Part shown: positions 7,692-16,924 of the stretch, piece by piece | How positions within the stretch are numbered: position 1 is the stretch's first letter | Layout of the letters: each line of letters starts with the position of its first letter | NCBI GenBank assembly: GCA_937858655.1 | Contig: CALLZE010000155.1 | Span: forward strand, 1-58,437 | Length of the DNA stretch: 58,437 bases | Reading direction: 5' to 3' | From: an uncultured Coriobacteriales bacterium | GTDB lineage: Bacteria > Actinomycetota > Coriobacteriia > WRKU01 > JAENWW01 | The notes under the pieces: generated by a model | Told to the model about the DNA's origin: nothing | What the model saw: only the letters and a program-made list of their open reading frames with translations | Database searches by the model: none | Program-made: the position numbers and the translations under genes

Positions 7692-8864
7692 CTATCGCTT
7701 TCCTAAACACTGAGCATATTCATCCAGTGTAACAAAATGATAGCCGGCTCTTTTATAGGCTTTGATAATCGCGGGAAGCGCATCAACTGTTTGTTGACGA
7801 TTGCCTCCCCCATCGTGCATCAAAATCACCGCACCTGGATACGCATATTTTTTTGCCACCCGAATAATATGTTTTACGCCAGGACGAGACCAATCGCGTG
7901 TATCGATACTCCAAAGCCCAATGCCGAGACCATTCGCGTGAAGCGCGTCAAAGACCGATCCATCAACTGAGCCATAAGGCGGACGCATAAAAGTTGGATA
8001 AGAACCCGTCACGCTCTTGATGGTCTCTTTGCCTTGAGAAACCTCTTTATTTATCTTTTTGATTGATGCGTGAGCCAATCGAACATGATGTTCTGAGTGC
8101 AGAGCGACTTGGTTGCCCGAAGCCGCAACCGCTTTGGTAATCTCAGGATACTTTTTGATTTGCGTGCCTAATTCGAAAAAGGTTGCTTTGACCTGATATT
8201 TTTTTAAGACAGCGAGGACTTTTTGCGTGTAGCGGGGGCTTGGTCCATCGTCAAACGTAAGCGCTACAATTTTGTACTTATTGTTGGCATAGGTGTTGTA
8301 CTGAACAAAAGGCTTAACGCCCTTTTGAGTGACAGTGCGACTCACAACTGCGCCGCTTTTTTCTCCCTTAATAATTGTCGTAACAGGATTTTTGCCTACC
8401 GATTCAACGGTAAGTACTGGTCCCTGGCCTTGATGGTTGAAGCCAATATGCCCTTCGACCTCTTTTTTTACTTTTTTCTCGACAGTATTTTGCCCACTTG
8501 TCGCGGTAATAACGTCGCCGTTTTTCAACAGTGTACTTCCGGGAGCAACCTTTCCGTTGACGCCCAAAACTATAGGCGCGCCCGTGCCCGTTTCGATTAC
8601 CGAGCCTGTTAAGCTAACGAGATTGCCTGGCGCAACTGAACCGTCATTAATCTTTGAAAAGACTGCTTCAAGCGTTGCATTACTTGTAGTCTGGTAGGTA
8701 TCTTTGCCGTATTTCACGTAAATATCATGCACCGCGAAGGTAGGATAGACAGCAAAAAATATTGTCACAAAAATTATGACAATAATTCCAAGCGCCAGCG
8801 CTCCATACTTTTTAAAGTGAGAAGGTCTCTGAATTTTGTGATTTTTTACTTTTAGTTCACTCAC
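7692..8864 (-). CDS. Membrane-anchored polysaccharide deacetylase (NodB homology domain)
   Basis: N-terminal TM helix, a beta-rich linker, then ALTFDDGPSPRYT...ATFFELG and LHSEHHV NodB motifs. Confidence 0.85.
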   Translation of the reverse strand: MSELKVKNHKIQRPSHFKKYGALALGIIVIIFVTIFFAVYPTFAVHDIYVKYGKDTYQTTSNATLEAVFSKINDGSVAPGNLVSLTGSVIETGTGAPIVLGVNGKVAPGSTLLKNGDVITATSGQNTVEKKVKKEVEGHIGFNHQGQGPVLTVESVGKNPVTTIIKGEKSGAVVSRTVTQKGVKPFVQYNTYANNKYKIVALTFDDGPSPRYTQKVLAVLKKYQVKATFFELGTQIKKYPEITKAVAASGNQVALHSEHHVRLAHASIKKINKEVSQGKETIKSVTGSYPTFMRPPYGSVDGSVFDALHANGLGIGLWSIDTRDWSRPGVKHIIRVAKKYAYPGAVILMHDGGGNRQQTVDALPAIIKAYKRAGYHFVTLDEYAQCLGKR

Positions 8865-8870
8865 GTACCG

Positions 8871-9653
8871 TCACTCTTCATCATCCATCGCGTCTTTTAT
8901 ATCCTGAACAAAGGAGTTGAGCCATTTCTTCGTCTTCTTGCCGGCCTTCGTCTGCGAGGCCTGCTTTAAAGCACGCTCACTATACACGGCCGCTTTTGCC
9001 GCGCCCTTAATTGTTGCTTCACCGATTTTCTTGCCCGCGTCGGCTGCAACCACAGCAGCCTTGCCTGCCTGTTTAGCCGCGCCGCCATCAAGTTCAATGT
9101 CTGCCGCAGAATTCTCGCACATAACACCAAAGGTTTCGGAATTAAAACCTTTGATAAGCGCCCCCGGTATGCTTCGTTTTCCAAGCAAAGCGTCTGAGCC
9201 CGTTCCAGCGGTGACCTGTAAAACTGATACCGCGCCAGTGCTCAAGTCAAACCGAGCGTCACTAACTTTCCCTAGAGGTTCTCCCCCAAGCGTGAAAACA
9301 TTTTGGCCGTAATAGATAACGCTCTCATCCCACGAGAATCCCAAAATCTTTTCTGCGCGAACATTCCACGCAGAGCGAGCAGCCTTTTGCTCTTTTTCTG
9401 TTTGGGGCTCTTTACCCTGAAATGTCACGACAAGTTGGCCATTGTCATTCAGCGAAGTGTTCTCAAAAAGAAGATAGCGCATAGGAAGAGCAATAATGCC
9501 ACCTACTCGGTAGGGCTTTATCGAAAAGCCAACAGCCTTTGGCAGTGTGGGATGAAAAAGTACATCATCAACCGTCCCCACAAGCTCTTGCTTTTGGTTT
9601 AATACTTGGCAACGATAAATTTGCCTCAGCGAAATTGTCACATGCTCTACCAT
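8871..9653 (-). CDS. PRC-barrel domain protein (two PRC-like repeats, Lys/Ala-rich tail)
   Basis: VLNQKQELVGTVDDVLFHP and VFTLGGEPLGKVSDARFDLSTGAVSVLQV resemble PRC barrels. The C-terminus is AKQAGKAAVVAADAGKKIGE..KKTKKW. Confidence 0.55.
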   Translation of the reverse strand: MVEHVTISLRQIYRCQVLNQKQELVGTVDDVLFHPTLPKAVGFSIKPYRVGGIIALPMRYLLFENTSLNDNGQLVVTFQGKEPQTEKEQKAARSAWNVRAEKILGFSWDESVIYYGQNVFTLGGEPLGKVSDARFDLSTGAVSVLQVTAGTGSDALLGKRSIPGALIKGFNSETFGVMCENSAADIELDGGAAKQAGKAAVVAADAGKKIGEATIKGAAKAAVYSERALKQASQTKAGKKTKKWLNSFVQDIKDAMDDEE

Positions 9654-9740
9654 ACTTACTCCTTTGACCTTTTTAGTATAAATCGGCCCCGTGAAAACGA
9701 GACCGATTTATCCTGAATTGTTACTAATTTACTAGGAGTT

Positions 9741-10175
9741 TTACTCGGCAGGCACTGAAGTTACAGCTGGCTCGGGAGCAGGAGCCTGCTCTTGTGCGGC
9801 TTCAGCCTGCACTTCGGCTGGCGCAGGACTTGGAGCGGGCGCCTCCTCGACAGGAGTGTTCGCCTTATTTACTGCGTCATACAAGCGCTCACGCGCATCC
9901 TCAATCTTATCGCGCACTGTATCGCTCATTTCTGTTGCGCGCTCACGACCGGTATAGTAAGCCTCTGCGGCCATATCGCGACTTGTGTAATAGGCATCAG
10001 CAGCAATTTCACGACCCGTCTCATAGACATCATCAGCCTGATCCCAATACTCTAATGCTCTATCTGAAAGGAACTCACGTGTCTCGCGACCGGTGCGAGG
10101 TGCAAAGAGGAGCCCTATTCCTGCTCCGATAAGTCCTCCCAAAATAAACGAGCTAATGCCATTTCCTTTTGCCAT
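9741..10175 (-). CDS. YtxH domain-containing protein
   Basis: N-terminal GGLIGAGIGLLFAPRTGRETREFL followed by charged helical repeats and a Pro/Ala-rich tail. Confidence 0.7.
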   Translation of the reverse strand: MAKGNGISSFILGGLIGAGIGLLFAPRTGRETREFLSDRALEYWDQADDVYETGREIAADAYYTSRDMAAEAYYTGRERATEMSDTVRDKIEDARERLYDAVNKANTPVEEAPAPSPAPAEVQAEAAQEQAPAPEPAVTSVPAE

Positions 10176-10258
10176 GACTCAACACCTCCGGTATCAAAAA
10201 ATTGTGTACGTCGTGGTTCTCAGTTTGTTATAAATTATCATACCCCCAAAGGGCATTT

Positions 10259-10711
10259 TTATCGTGATAAATCTTGGAAAACGATACACGCTTGTTGACT
10301 GATTTTGCGCGCTTGCTCCTCTGATGAAAATCCCTTAATCCGAATTCGATAGACTCCTTGTCCATCCTTCGAAAAATTCCACGCCGTTTGCCCCTTAATA
10401 TCCAATCGTAACGCATCGCTTTCTTGAGCGAGAAGCTCAATCATGATGTGCTCAAAAGCATGAGCAATCTCAGTTTTCGCGAGTTCCGCAGGAAATGATT
10501 TGTAGTTGCCATTATCACAAGCATGAATACGCAAGTGTGGATATGTTTCGAGCAACCGCTTCGCAAGGTCTGGATACGAATCTACTGTCTGCGGCTCAAG
10601 AGGACTGAGAGTAACGCGAAAGTGAGCCCAGGTTTCTGCAAGATTTTTTGAACGCTGATAACTTTCGCTAAGTTCAAAACCACGAAGAGTTGCGGAAATT
10701 TGCATCGTCAT
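10259..10711 (-). CDS. Hypothetical protein, reminiscent of the cyanophycin-synthetase N-terminal domain fold family
   Basis: The pattern LLETYPHLRIHACDNG..FPAELAKTEIAHAFEHIMIELL...IKGQT resembles the CphA N-domain signature. This is a weak by-eye call. Confidence 0.4.
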   Translation of the reverse strand: MTMQISATLRGFELSESYQRSKNLAETWAHFRVTLSPLEPQTVDSYPDLAKRLLETYPHLRIHACDNGNYKSFPAELAKTEIAHAFEHIMIELLAQESDALRLDIKGQTAWNFSKDGQGVYRIRIKGFSSEEQARKISQQACIVFQDLSR

Positions 10712-10723
10712 CGAGTTCGATTC

Positions 10724-11497
10724 TTATTCAACTATGCGGTAATACACATAGTGGACACCGCTGAACCCGAGCGCTTTTGCAATGCCTGGCCCTAAGTCGA
10801 ATTCACGACCTGGGATAAAGGGGCCTCTATCTTTCACGATGCCAACGGCCGTCTTGCCGTTGTAGCGCATCTCAATCTTCGTGCCAAAGGGCAACGTCTT
10901 GTGCGCGAAGATCATACTGTCGGTGCGCAAGATTTCGCCATTGGCCATATGGTTGCCGTAAAATCCTGGCCCATACCATGAAACGAATACGCGCTTCCAT
11001 CCAGACAATGCCGTTAAGGCAGTAATTACGCTCCCCGAACCGCTTGTCACTGCCGTGGCATCGGCCGCATTCGTGGTAGCACCCGCCGCCTCATCCTGCG
11101 TTCCATATTCAAACCCTGCCGCAGTTTCGGGATTATAGAGAGCAGAGGGAGCCTGTTTCGATACTTCAGCCGTAGTGCGAAGCGACTGGCCGATGTTTGT
11201 TTCTTCGGGCTGCGCAGTTTGTGTTGTATTGAGCGATGTGCGCAGGTCAATGTCTTTGCCATCATACGTTTTACCTACCGAAGTTTTTGATAACAAATCG
11301 AGACTGTAATCGCTCTCTTGCAAAGGGCCCGCATTGAAACGCTCATGTAAAGACACTTCTTGATAGAAAAAGGATTGGTCATCTTTTGACATACCAAAAG
11401 ACATAATGCCTTTTGCGGAACTGGCTTGCGCCACAGCGCCGTGCATTGTCGCCAAAAAGACAACCGAAAGGCAGGCGGCAAAAAGCACCTGCGCCAT
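10724..11497 (-). CDS. RlpA-like double-psi beta-barrel (lytic transglycosylase-like) secreted protein
   Basis: Signal-like N-terminus MAQVLFAACLSVVFLATMHGAVAQA. The C-terminal SWYGPGFYGNHMANGEILRTDSMIFAHKTLPFGTKIEM..GIVKDRGPF is a DPBB motif. Confidence 0.75.
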   Translation of the reverse strand: MAQVLFAACLSVVFLATMHGAVAQASSAKGIMSFGMSKDDQSFFYQEVSLHERFNAGPLQESDYSLDLLSKTSVGKTYDGKDIDLRTSLNTTQTAQPEETNIGQSLRTTAEVSKQAPSALYNPETAAGFEYGTQDEAAGATTNAADATAVTSGSGSVITALTALSGWKRVFVSWYGPGFYGNHMANGEILRTDSMIFAHKTLPFGTKIEMRYNGKTAVGIVKDRGPFIPGREFDLGPGIAKALGFSGVHYVYYRIVE

Positions 11498-11535
11498 CTT
11501 CGTACTATGTCGTTCACAAAGTATCAAATACGTCC

Positions 11536-14376
11536 CTACTTAGCCATTTGGTTCAAAATTTTTCCGAGTGCCTCAATTTTATCGCCATAGGTGGCCCAAT
11601 CACCAGATTTTTGCGCACTCAGTGCCTCTTCGTATAATTTGCTTGCCTGCGCAGGAAGCGAACCGCTCGATGAACTGCTTGTATCCGCTGTTCCAGCCGA
11701 ATCACTAGAAATTGAAGTGTCGGGGTTCGTTGTCGTGCCTGTCGCATCGGTTGAACTTCCCGTCTCAGAAGTTGAACTCTCAGATGAAGAACTACCAAAC
11801 ACCTTCTTAAGGGCTGTCTTGAAGTCACGATCCATAACCATCTTATCGCCATAAGCAACAACAACAGATGCGAGTTCTGGTATCGCGGTTTGCTCTGCCT
11901 GCAAGAAAACTGGCTGAACATACACAATTGAGTTATGTATGGGGACAACGACCATATTGCCAAAGATTACTTGGCTGCCCCGCTGATCCCACAATGAAAA
12001 TTGCGGAGAAATCACAGGATCTTGGTTTATGCGTGCTGAAATCTGTTCAGGCCCAAGAATGACGCGCTCTTTCGGGAAAAGATACACGGTCCGCTCGCCA
12101 TATGAGTCGGGATCACACGACACCGCCATCCAGCCAATCATGTTGCTCCGATTGCGTGGAGTATAGGGCTGCATCATATAGAACTGCTCTTTTTTGGCTC
12201 CTGGCAATTTGAGAAGCACAAAGAAAGGCTCCATCTCTTTACCACTTTTCGCGCCAGCAATTTCCCATTGGTCTTCTTTGTTATAAAAAACAGTGGAATC
12301 TGTCATATGGTAGGTGCGATAAATCTCAGCCTGCGCTTGGAAAAGCTCTTTGGGGTAACGCAAATGATTGAGCACTGCGGTCGGTATTTCTTTCCCACTT
12401 TTAAACAACGAGGGAAATATTGTACGCCATGCCTTGAGAATTGGATCCTTTTCATCGAACGCATAAAAGGTCGTTTTTCCCGTATAGGCATCAACAGTAA
12501 TCTTTACCGAATTACGAATATAGTTCGTGTCAGAATCTTCAAGTCGTTCTGAATAGGGGTACATCGAACTCGTTGTATAGCCATCGGCAATCCACACGGT
12601 ACGACCATCAACAATAGCTGTATATATATCATCATCCACAGTAAGCCATGGAGCAAGTTCATTGATACGCGCTTTTACGTTACGGTTCATCAGCACTTGA
12701 CTGTCAGGCGTGATATAGCTTGAAAGCATCATTTGCAATGACTTAAAACGCAGTGACCACGCCGCACGCCTAAAAAATGACCCGACTTTTATGCCTGATT
12801 GCGCCTTATATGTTGTTGTAGCGTTTTTCGCTCCTTGCGGATAATCAAACTCTTTCATCTTGGTGTTTACTACCACGTATTGACTTTCCTCTTCGCCAAA
12901 ATAGATACGTGGTTCCGTTATCTTTAAGTCTTCTGACTGGCCAGCGCTTGAAGACACCTTTGGAGGGACATCCCCCACGATGAAGTCAGGCAATCCACGA
13001 GAATCGTAAACACTCGCGGCATTCATAACACTACCGTATCCATGCGTATACACTAAGTGCTGATTCACCCATGTTTGTGCAGTTGAAGCCAGTTGGCTAA
13101 TATTCATCTCGCGTGGAGAAACAAGCACTTGGCGCAACTGACCATTAACTTTATAGCGATCAACGTCTACATCATTGAAATTATAGTAAGGACGAATTGC
13201 CTGAAGTTGCACATAGCTTTGCTTGGCGACCGACGGGTCCCACAGTCGAATGTTATCGATTGTATCCTTGTCGTCCTCAACGTTTTGCTCAGTTAAATCA
13301 TTAGTCGCGGCAAAAGTTTTTTCCTCGACGTCAGTCAAGCCATATGCCGTCCGTGTTGATTTTATATTACGGCGAATATAGGGCGCCTCAAGCGAAACCT
13401 CGTTTGGCTGCACGATAAAACGCTGAATAATTTCGGGAAAAATGCCTGTCAAAATTATGCTCGCACCTGCCCAGACCGCAATGCCCACAATAGGGAGCTT
13501 CCACCCTTTATGCGAAATATTAAACAAAAGCAAGACTGCGATGAGAATGCAAATACCCGCCATTATCAAAAACGCGGGAATTTGTGCATGCGCGTCAGTA
13601 TAAGAAACGCCCAACACCTGGCCACGTGTTGAATAGTTGAGCTCAAGCATGCGTACAAGCGTATTGGCACATTCCAAGATCATGAAGAGAGCGAGCAGTA
13701 CCGAAAGATGCGCCTTTGCATGAGGGACAACTTTCTCACTCTTAGACCAGGGACGAATACCTCCGGCAAAAAGATACACCAGACCTGTTAAGAGAATTGA
13801 GAGCACGATAAGGTTGCCGGCCTCATTAAGAACGATTTTGACAGCAGGTAATTGAAAGACATAAAAGCCCACATCAATGCCAAATTGGGGGTCGCTCGTG
13901 CCAAAAGCAACCTTCGAAAGCGCAAGCCTCATTGTTTCCCAATGCTGCGAAAGGGTCCCGGCAAACATAAAGGCGATAACAAGCGCGGCAATACAAATCA
14001 CGACACGCAAAATTGGCGAAATCTTATCGCCTATTACATCCAAGAAGGCGCGCGGATCTTGAACCGTCTTCGGCCCTTGGGGTGTATCAACGACACGAGC
14101 TCGTGACTGGCCGCTCGTATGACGCCGCCAGCCTGGCGCTAGACGCAACGCCGCAAGCATCGTAAGCAGCAATACTGCTGCGACTATTGAAAATGTTGTC
14201 GAAGAAACCGTCGCGACTGAACTAAAGCGCGTCCAAAAAACCGCTGTTTGTCCAACGCTTTGATACCAGAGATAGTCGGTCCACACTTTTGCGCATCCAA
14301 CAAAAAGCGTGCCACACACAACAACAAGAAGAATAATGACGCTGATAAAATTCTTGCCGCTCGATTTTGTTTTCAT
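11536..14376 (-). CDS. UPF0182 family large membrane protein
   Basis: 946 aa. N-terminal multi-TM region with WTDYLWYQSVGQTAVFW, a large soluble domain and a Ser/Thr-rich tail, as is typical of actinobacterial UPF0182. Confidence 0.8.
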   Translation of the reverse strand: MKTKSSGKNFISVIILLVVVCGTLFVGCAKVWTDYLWYQSVGQTAVFWTRFSSVATVSSTTFSIVAAVLLLTMLAALRLAPGWRRHTSGQSRARVVDTPQGPKTVQDPRAFLDVIGDKISPILRVVICIAALVIAFMFAGTLSQHWETMRLALSKVAFGTSDPQFGIDVGFYVFQLPAVKIVLNEAGNLIVLSILLTGLVYLFAGGIRPWSKSEKVVPHAKAHLSVLLALFMILECANTLVRMLELNYSTRGQVLGVSYTDAHAQIPAFLIMAGICILIAVLLLFNISHKGWKLPIVGIAVWAGASIILTGIFPEIIQRFIVQPNEVSLEAPYIRRNIKSTRTAYGLTDVEEKTFAATNDLTEQNVEDDKDTIDNIRLWDPSVAKQSYVQLQAIRPYYNFNDVDVDRYKVNGQLRQVLVSPREMNISQLASTAQTWVNQHLVYTHGYGSVMNAASVYDSRGLPDFIVGDVPPKVSSSAGQSEDLKITEPRIYFGEEESQYVVVNTKMKEFDYPQGAKNATTTYKAQSGIKVGSFFRRAAWSLRFKSLQMMLSSYITPDSQVLMNRNVKARINELAPWLTVDDDIYTAIVDGRTVWIADGYTTSSMYPYSERLEDSDTNYIRNSVKITVDAYTGKTTFYAFDEKDPILKAWRTIFPSLFKSGKEIPTAVLNHLRYPKELFQAQAEIYRTYHMTDSTVFYNKEDQWEIAGAKSGKEMEPFFVLLKLPGAKKEQFYMMQPYTPRNRSNMIGWMAVSCDPDSYGERTVYLFPKERVILGPEQISARINQDPVISPQFSLWDQRGSQVIFGNMVVVPIHNSIVYVQPVFLQAEQTAIPELASVVVAYGDKMVMDRDFKTALKKVFGSSSSESSTSETGSSTDATGTTTNPDTSISSDSAGTADTSSSSSGSLPAQASKLYEEALSAQKSGDWATYGDKIEALGKILNQMAK

Positions 14377-15738
14377 TTATGAATTCTTTTCTTCTTCGGA
14401 AGAGTGACGATTGAAAAGATGACGCTCTTCGCTCGCCTCTTCATCCTTTAATGGCAAAGACAGAGCCTCGATCCTAATGCGCGCAACACGACGACGACGC
14501 ATACCTAGCACGGTGTACACGTAGCCTTCACGACTCACCGACTCCCCAACGTGAGGGATATGCCCCAGCTCATCAAGCATCCAGCCTGCTATGGTGTCAT
14601 ACTCATCAGACTCCTCAAGAGGAAATCCCATCTCGATGGCGTCTTCAACAGGCAAGGTGCCGTTTACTACCCACTCTGATGAACTAACCTTATTGACCGC
14701 AATCTTATCACGATCAAATTCATCCGCAATTTCGCCCACAACTTCTTCGACAATGTCTTCGAGCGTAACGAGACCAGCCGTTCCGCCGTATTCATCCACA
14801 ACGATAGCCATTTGGTTACGCGAAGTTTGCATATCGTTAAGCATCGGCAAAATGCCTTTTGTCTCAGGTACGAACACGGGAGTTCGCATATATGCCGCAA
14901 CAGGCTTGTCTCCATGACCCTCATCAAGAGGTACAAACAAATCCTTGAACATGATAATTCCTACCACGCGATCGTGATCGTCATGGTACACCGGCACACG
15001 TGAGTATCCTCTTTTGAGCATTGTACGCGTAGCCTCAGACACAGAGAGTGTATCTTCGATAAATGTCATATCGACACGAGGAACCATAATCTCACGCACG
15101 ACCGTATCGCCAAGGCTAAAAATCTCATTAATCATGCGCTTTTCTTCATCGAGAAGCGAGCCTTGTTCGGTCACAAGCAGTTTAATCTCCTCTTCGGTCG
15201 CCTCGTCATCTTGTTCATCTTTAATGCCAAGCAATTTGGACACCAAATCAGTCGAGCGCGTAAGCAACCACACAACGGGAGCGGCGATTGTTGCCAAAAA
15301 TGAAACGGGCCGCGCGACCGAAGCGGCAACTGCATCGGCTTTCTGGAGACCAAGGCGCTTGGGAACAAGCTCGCCGAGCACTAAAGAAAAATAGCTGATA
15401 ATGAGCGTTACGACGAAAACCGAAAGCCCAGGAGCAATCGACGAAAGTGTTTGCATCCCAAGGGATTCAAGCCATTTTTGAAGAGGCGCGGCAAGCGAAA
15501 CCGCAGCTGTCGCTGACGCGAGCATTCCCATAAGTGTAATGGCTACCTGAATGGTCGCGAGCAGGCGCGTGGGGTCCTCGGTCATTCGCAGAGCGGTCTG
15601 CGCGCCTTTTGAGCCCTCATCTGCTCTCTGCATAAGGGCGGACTTGCGCGCGCTGATGAGCGCGATTTCGGCAGCAGCAAAATACCCGTTTACAAGAATG
15701 AGTACGAGTACGAAAAATATTTCTGAAGCATTATTCAT
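14377..15738 (-). CDS. CNNM/HlyC/CorC-family transporter (DUF21 + CBS pair + CorC_HlyC)
   Basis: DUF21 N-terminus LVNGYFAAAEIALISARKS, a CBS pair (VREIMVPRVDM...), and a C-terminal transporter-associated domain (VNGTLPVEDAIEMGFPLEE..YDTIAGW). It abuts the UPF0182 start codon. Confidence 0.85.
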   Translation of the reverse strand: MNNASEIFFVLVLILVNGYFAAAEIALISARKSALMQRADEGSKGAQTALRMTEDPTRLLATIQVAITLMGMLASATAAVSLAAPLQKWLESLGMQTLSSIAPGLSVFVVTLIISYFSLVLGELVPKRLGLQKADAVAASVARPVSFLATIAAPVVWLLTRSTDLVSKLLGIKDEQDDEATEEEIKLLVTEQGSLLDEEKRMINEIFSLGDTVVREIMVPRVDMTFIEDTLSVSEATRTMLKRGYSRVPVYHDDHDRVVGIIMFKDLFVPLDEGHGDKPVAAYMRTPVFVPETKGILPMLNDMQTSRNQMAIVVDEYGGTAGLVTLEDIVEEVVGEIADEFDRDKIAVNKVSSSEWVVNGTLPVEDAIEMGFPLEESDEYDTIAGWMLDELGHIPHVGESVSREGYVYTVLGMRRRRVARIRIEALSLPLKDEEASEERHLFNRHSSEEEKNS

Positions 15739-15910
15739 TTACGTGTCCTGATTTTCTATGGTAGCCAGCTGTCACTGAAAACATACCGTCATATCCCTAT
15801 TGTCAAACTTTGTATACGCATACTATAGCAACAAAACTGTTCTCTTAGGCATAAAAGGGCCTGTACACGCCATACCCAAGGCCGGCTCAGTCTTGACGGG
15901 CTGAGTTTTG

Positions 15911-16864
15911 TTATTTCTCTAGAGCGAGATTGACTAATTTCATGCAAAGCTGAGGGAAGGTGTACCCCGCTGCCCTCGCCGCGTCGGGAACCAGTGAGAC
16001 TTCTGTCATGCCAGGGAGCGTGTTGGTTTCCAAAATCCACGGGCTCCCTGAGGCATCAATGATAAAGTCCGTGCGCGAAATCCCTCGGCAGCCCAAAACC
16101 TGATGAGCAAGAATCCCCAAATCTTGGCACTTCAAATTTATTTCTTCACCTAAACGAGCAGGAATAAAATGATGCGACTGCCCCGCTTGATATTTAGATT
16201 CATAGTCATAAAAAGCTCCCTCGGCTGTAATTTCGATGGGAGGCAGCGGCACGAGTTGATCATTGCCAATAATAGCAACGGTGAGCTCATCACCAGCAAT
16301 ATATTTTTCAACCAACACGTTCTTATCACAAGAAAATGCCAATTCCAGAGCCCCGGCGAGCTCGTCTTTACTCGTGATGATGCTCATGCCTATTGATGAG
16401 CCTTCGGTTGCAGGCTTAATAACCACGTGCTCGCCCAGCAGCTCAACTGTTTGCTCGATAAAAGCTGATTGGTCAAAGTCAGGGCTTTGGCGGGCAACAA
16501 GGTAGGGAGCGGTGGGGAGTCCCGCCTGCTCGTAAAAACGCTTGCTCATAACCTTATCAACGGCAAGTGAACTTGCAAGCACGCCACTACCAACATACGG
16601 AATACCTAAAATTTCGAGAAGTCCTTGCATAGTGCCATCTTCGCCACCACGCCCGTGAAGAGCGATGTAAACGACATCGGGCTTGTCGGCGACAAGTTTG
16701 TCGATAAATGAAGTATCCTTGGTGTCGAACTCTTCAACTTCGCAGCCGCTTACGCGCAGAGCGCTCGCGACCTGCTCACCGGAACGGAGTGATACCTCGC
16801 GTTCTGCCGATGTTCCACCTTTAAGTACTGCTACACGGAGCACCTCAGGAGCGTTTTGCTGCAT
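15911..16864 (-). CDS. ddl: D-alanine--D-alanine ligase
   Basis: VAVLKGGTSAEREVSLRSG, ALHGRGGEDGTMQGLLE and ATP-grasp motifs through to ILETNTLPGMT. Confidence 0.92.
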   Translation of the reverse strand: MQQNAPEVLRVAVLKGGTSAEREVSLRSGEQVASALRVSGCEVEEFDTKDTSFIDKLVADKPDVVYIALHGRGGEDGTMQGLLEILGIPYVGSGVLASSLAVDKVMSKRFYEQAGLPTAPYLVARQSPDFDQSAFIEQTVELLGEHVVIKPATEGSSIGMSIITSKDELAGALELAFSCDKNVLVEKYIAGDELTVAIIGNDQLVPLPPIEITAEGAFYDYESKYQAGQSHHFIPARLGEEINLKCQDLGILAHQVLGCRGISRTDFIIDASGSPWILETNTLPGMTEVSLVPDAARAAGYTFPQLCMKLVNLALEK

Positions 16865-16924
16865 GTGTTGAACTCACCACTTTCTTGTAAGGGCACAACC
16901 GCATGCTTACACGCGTTTGCCCCG

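Noticed and set aside
15739-15910. Possible riboswitch or leader upstream of the CNNM/CorC gene
   Set aside because: I found a TGCTATAGT extended -10-like element but no convincing conserved structure or alternative helices. A weak ddl terminator-like hairpin accounts for part of the spacer.
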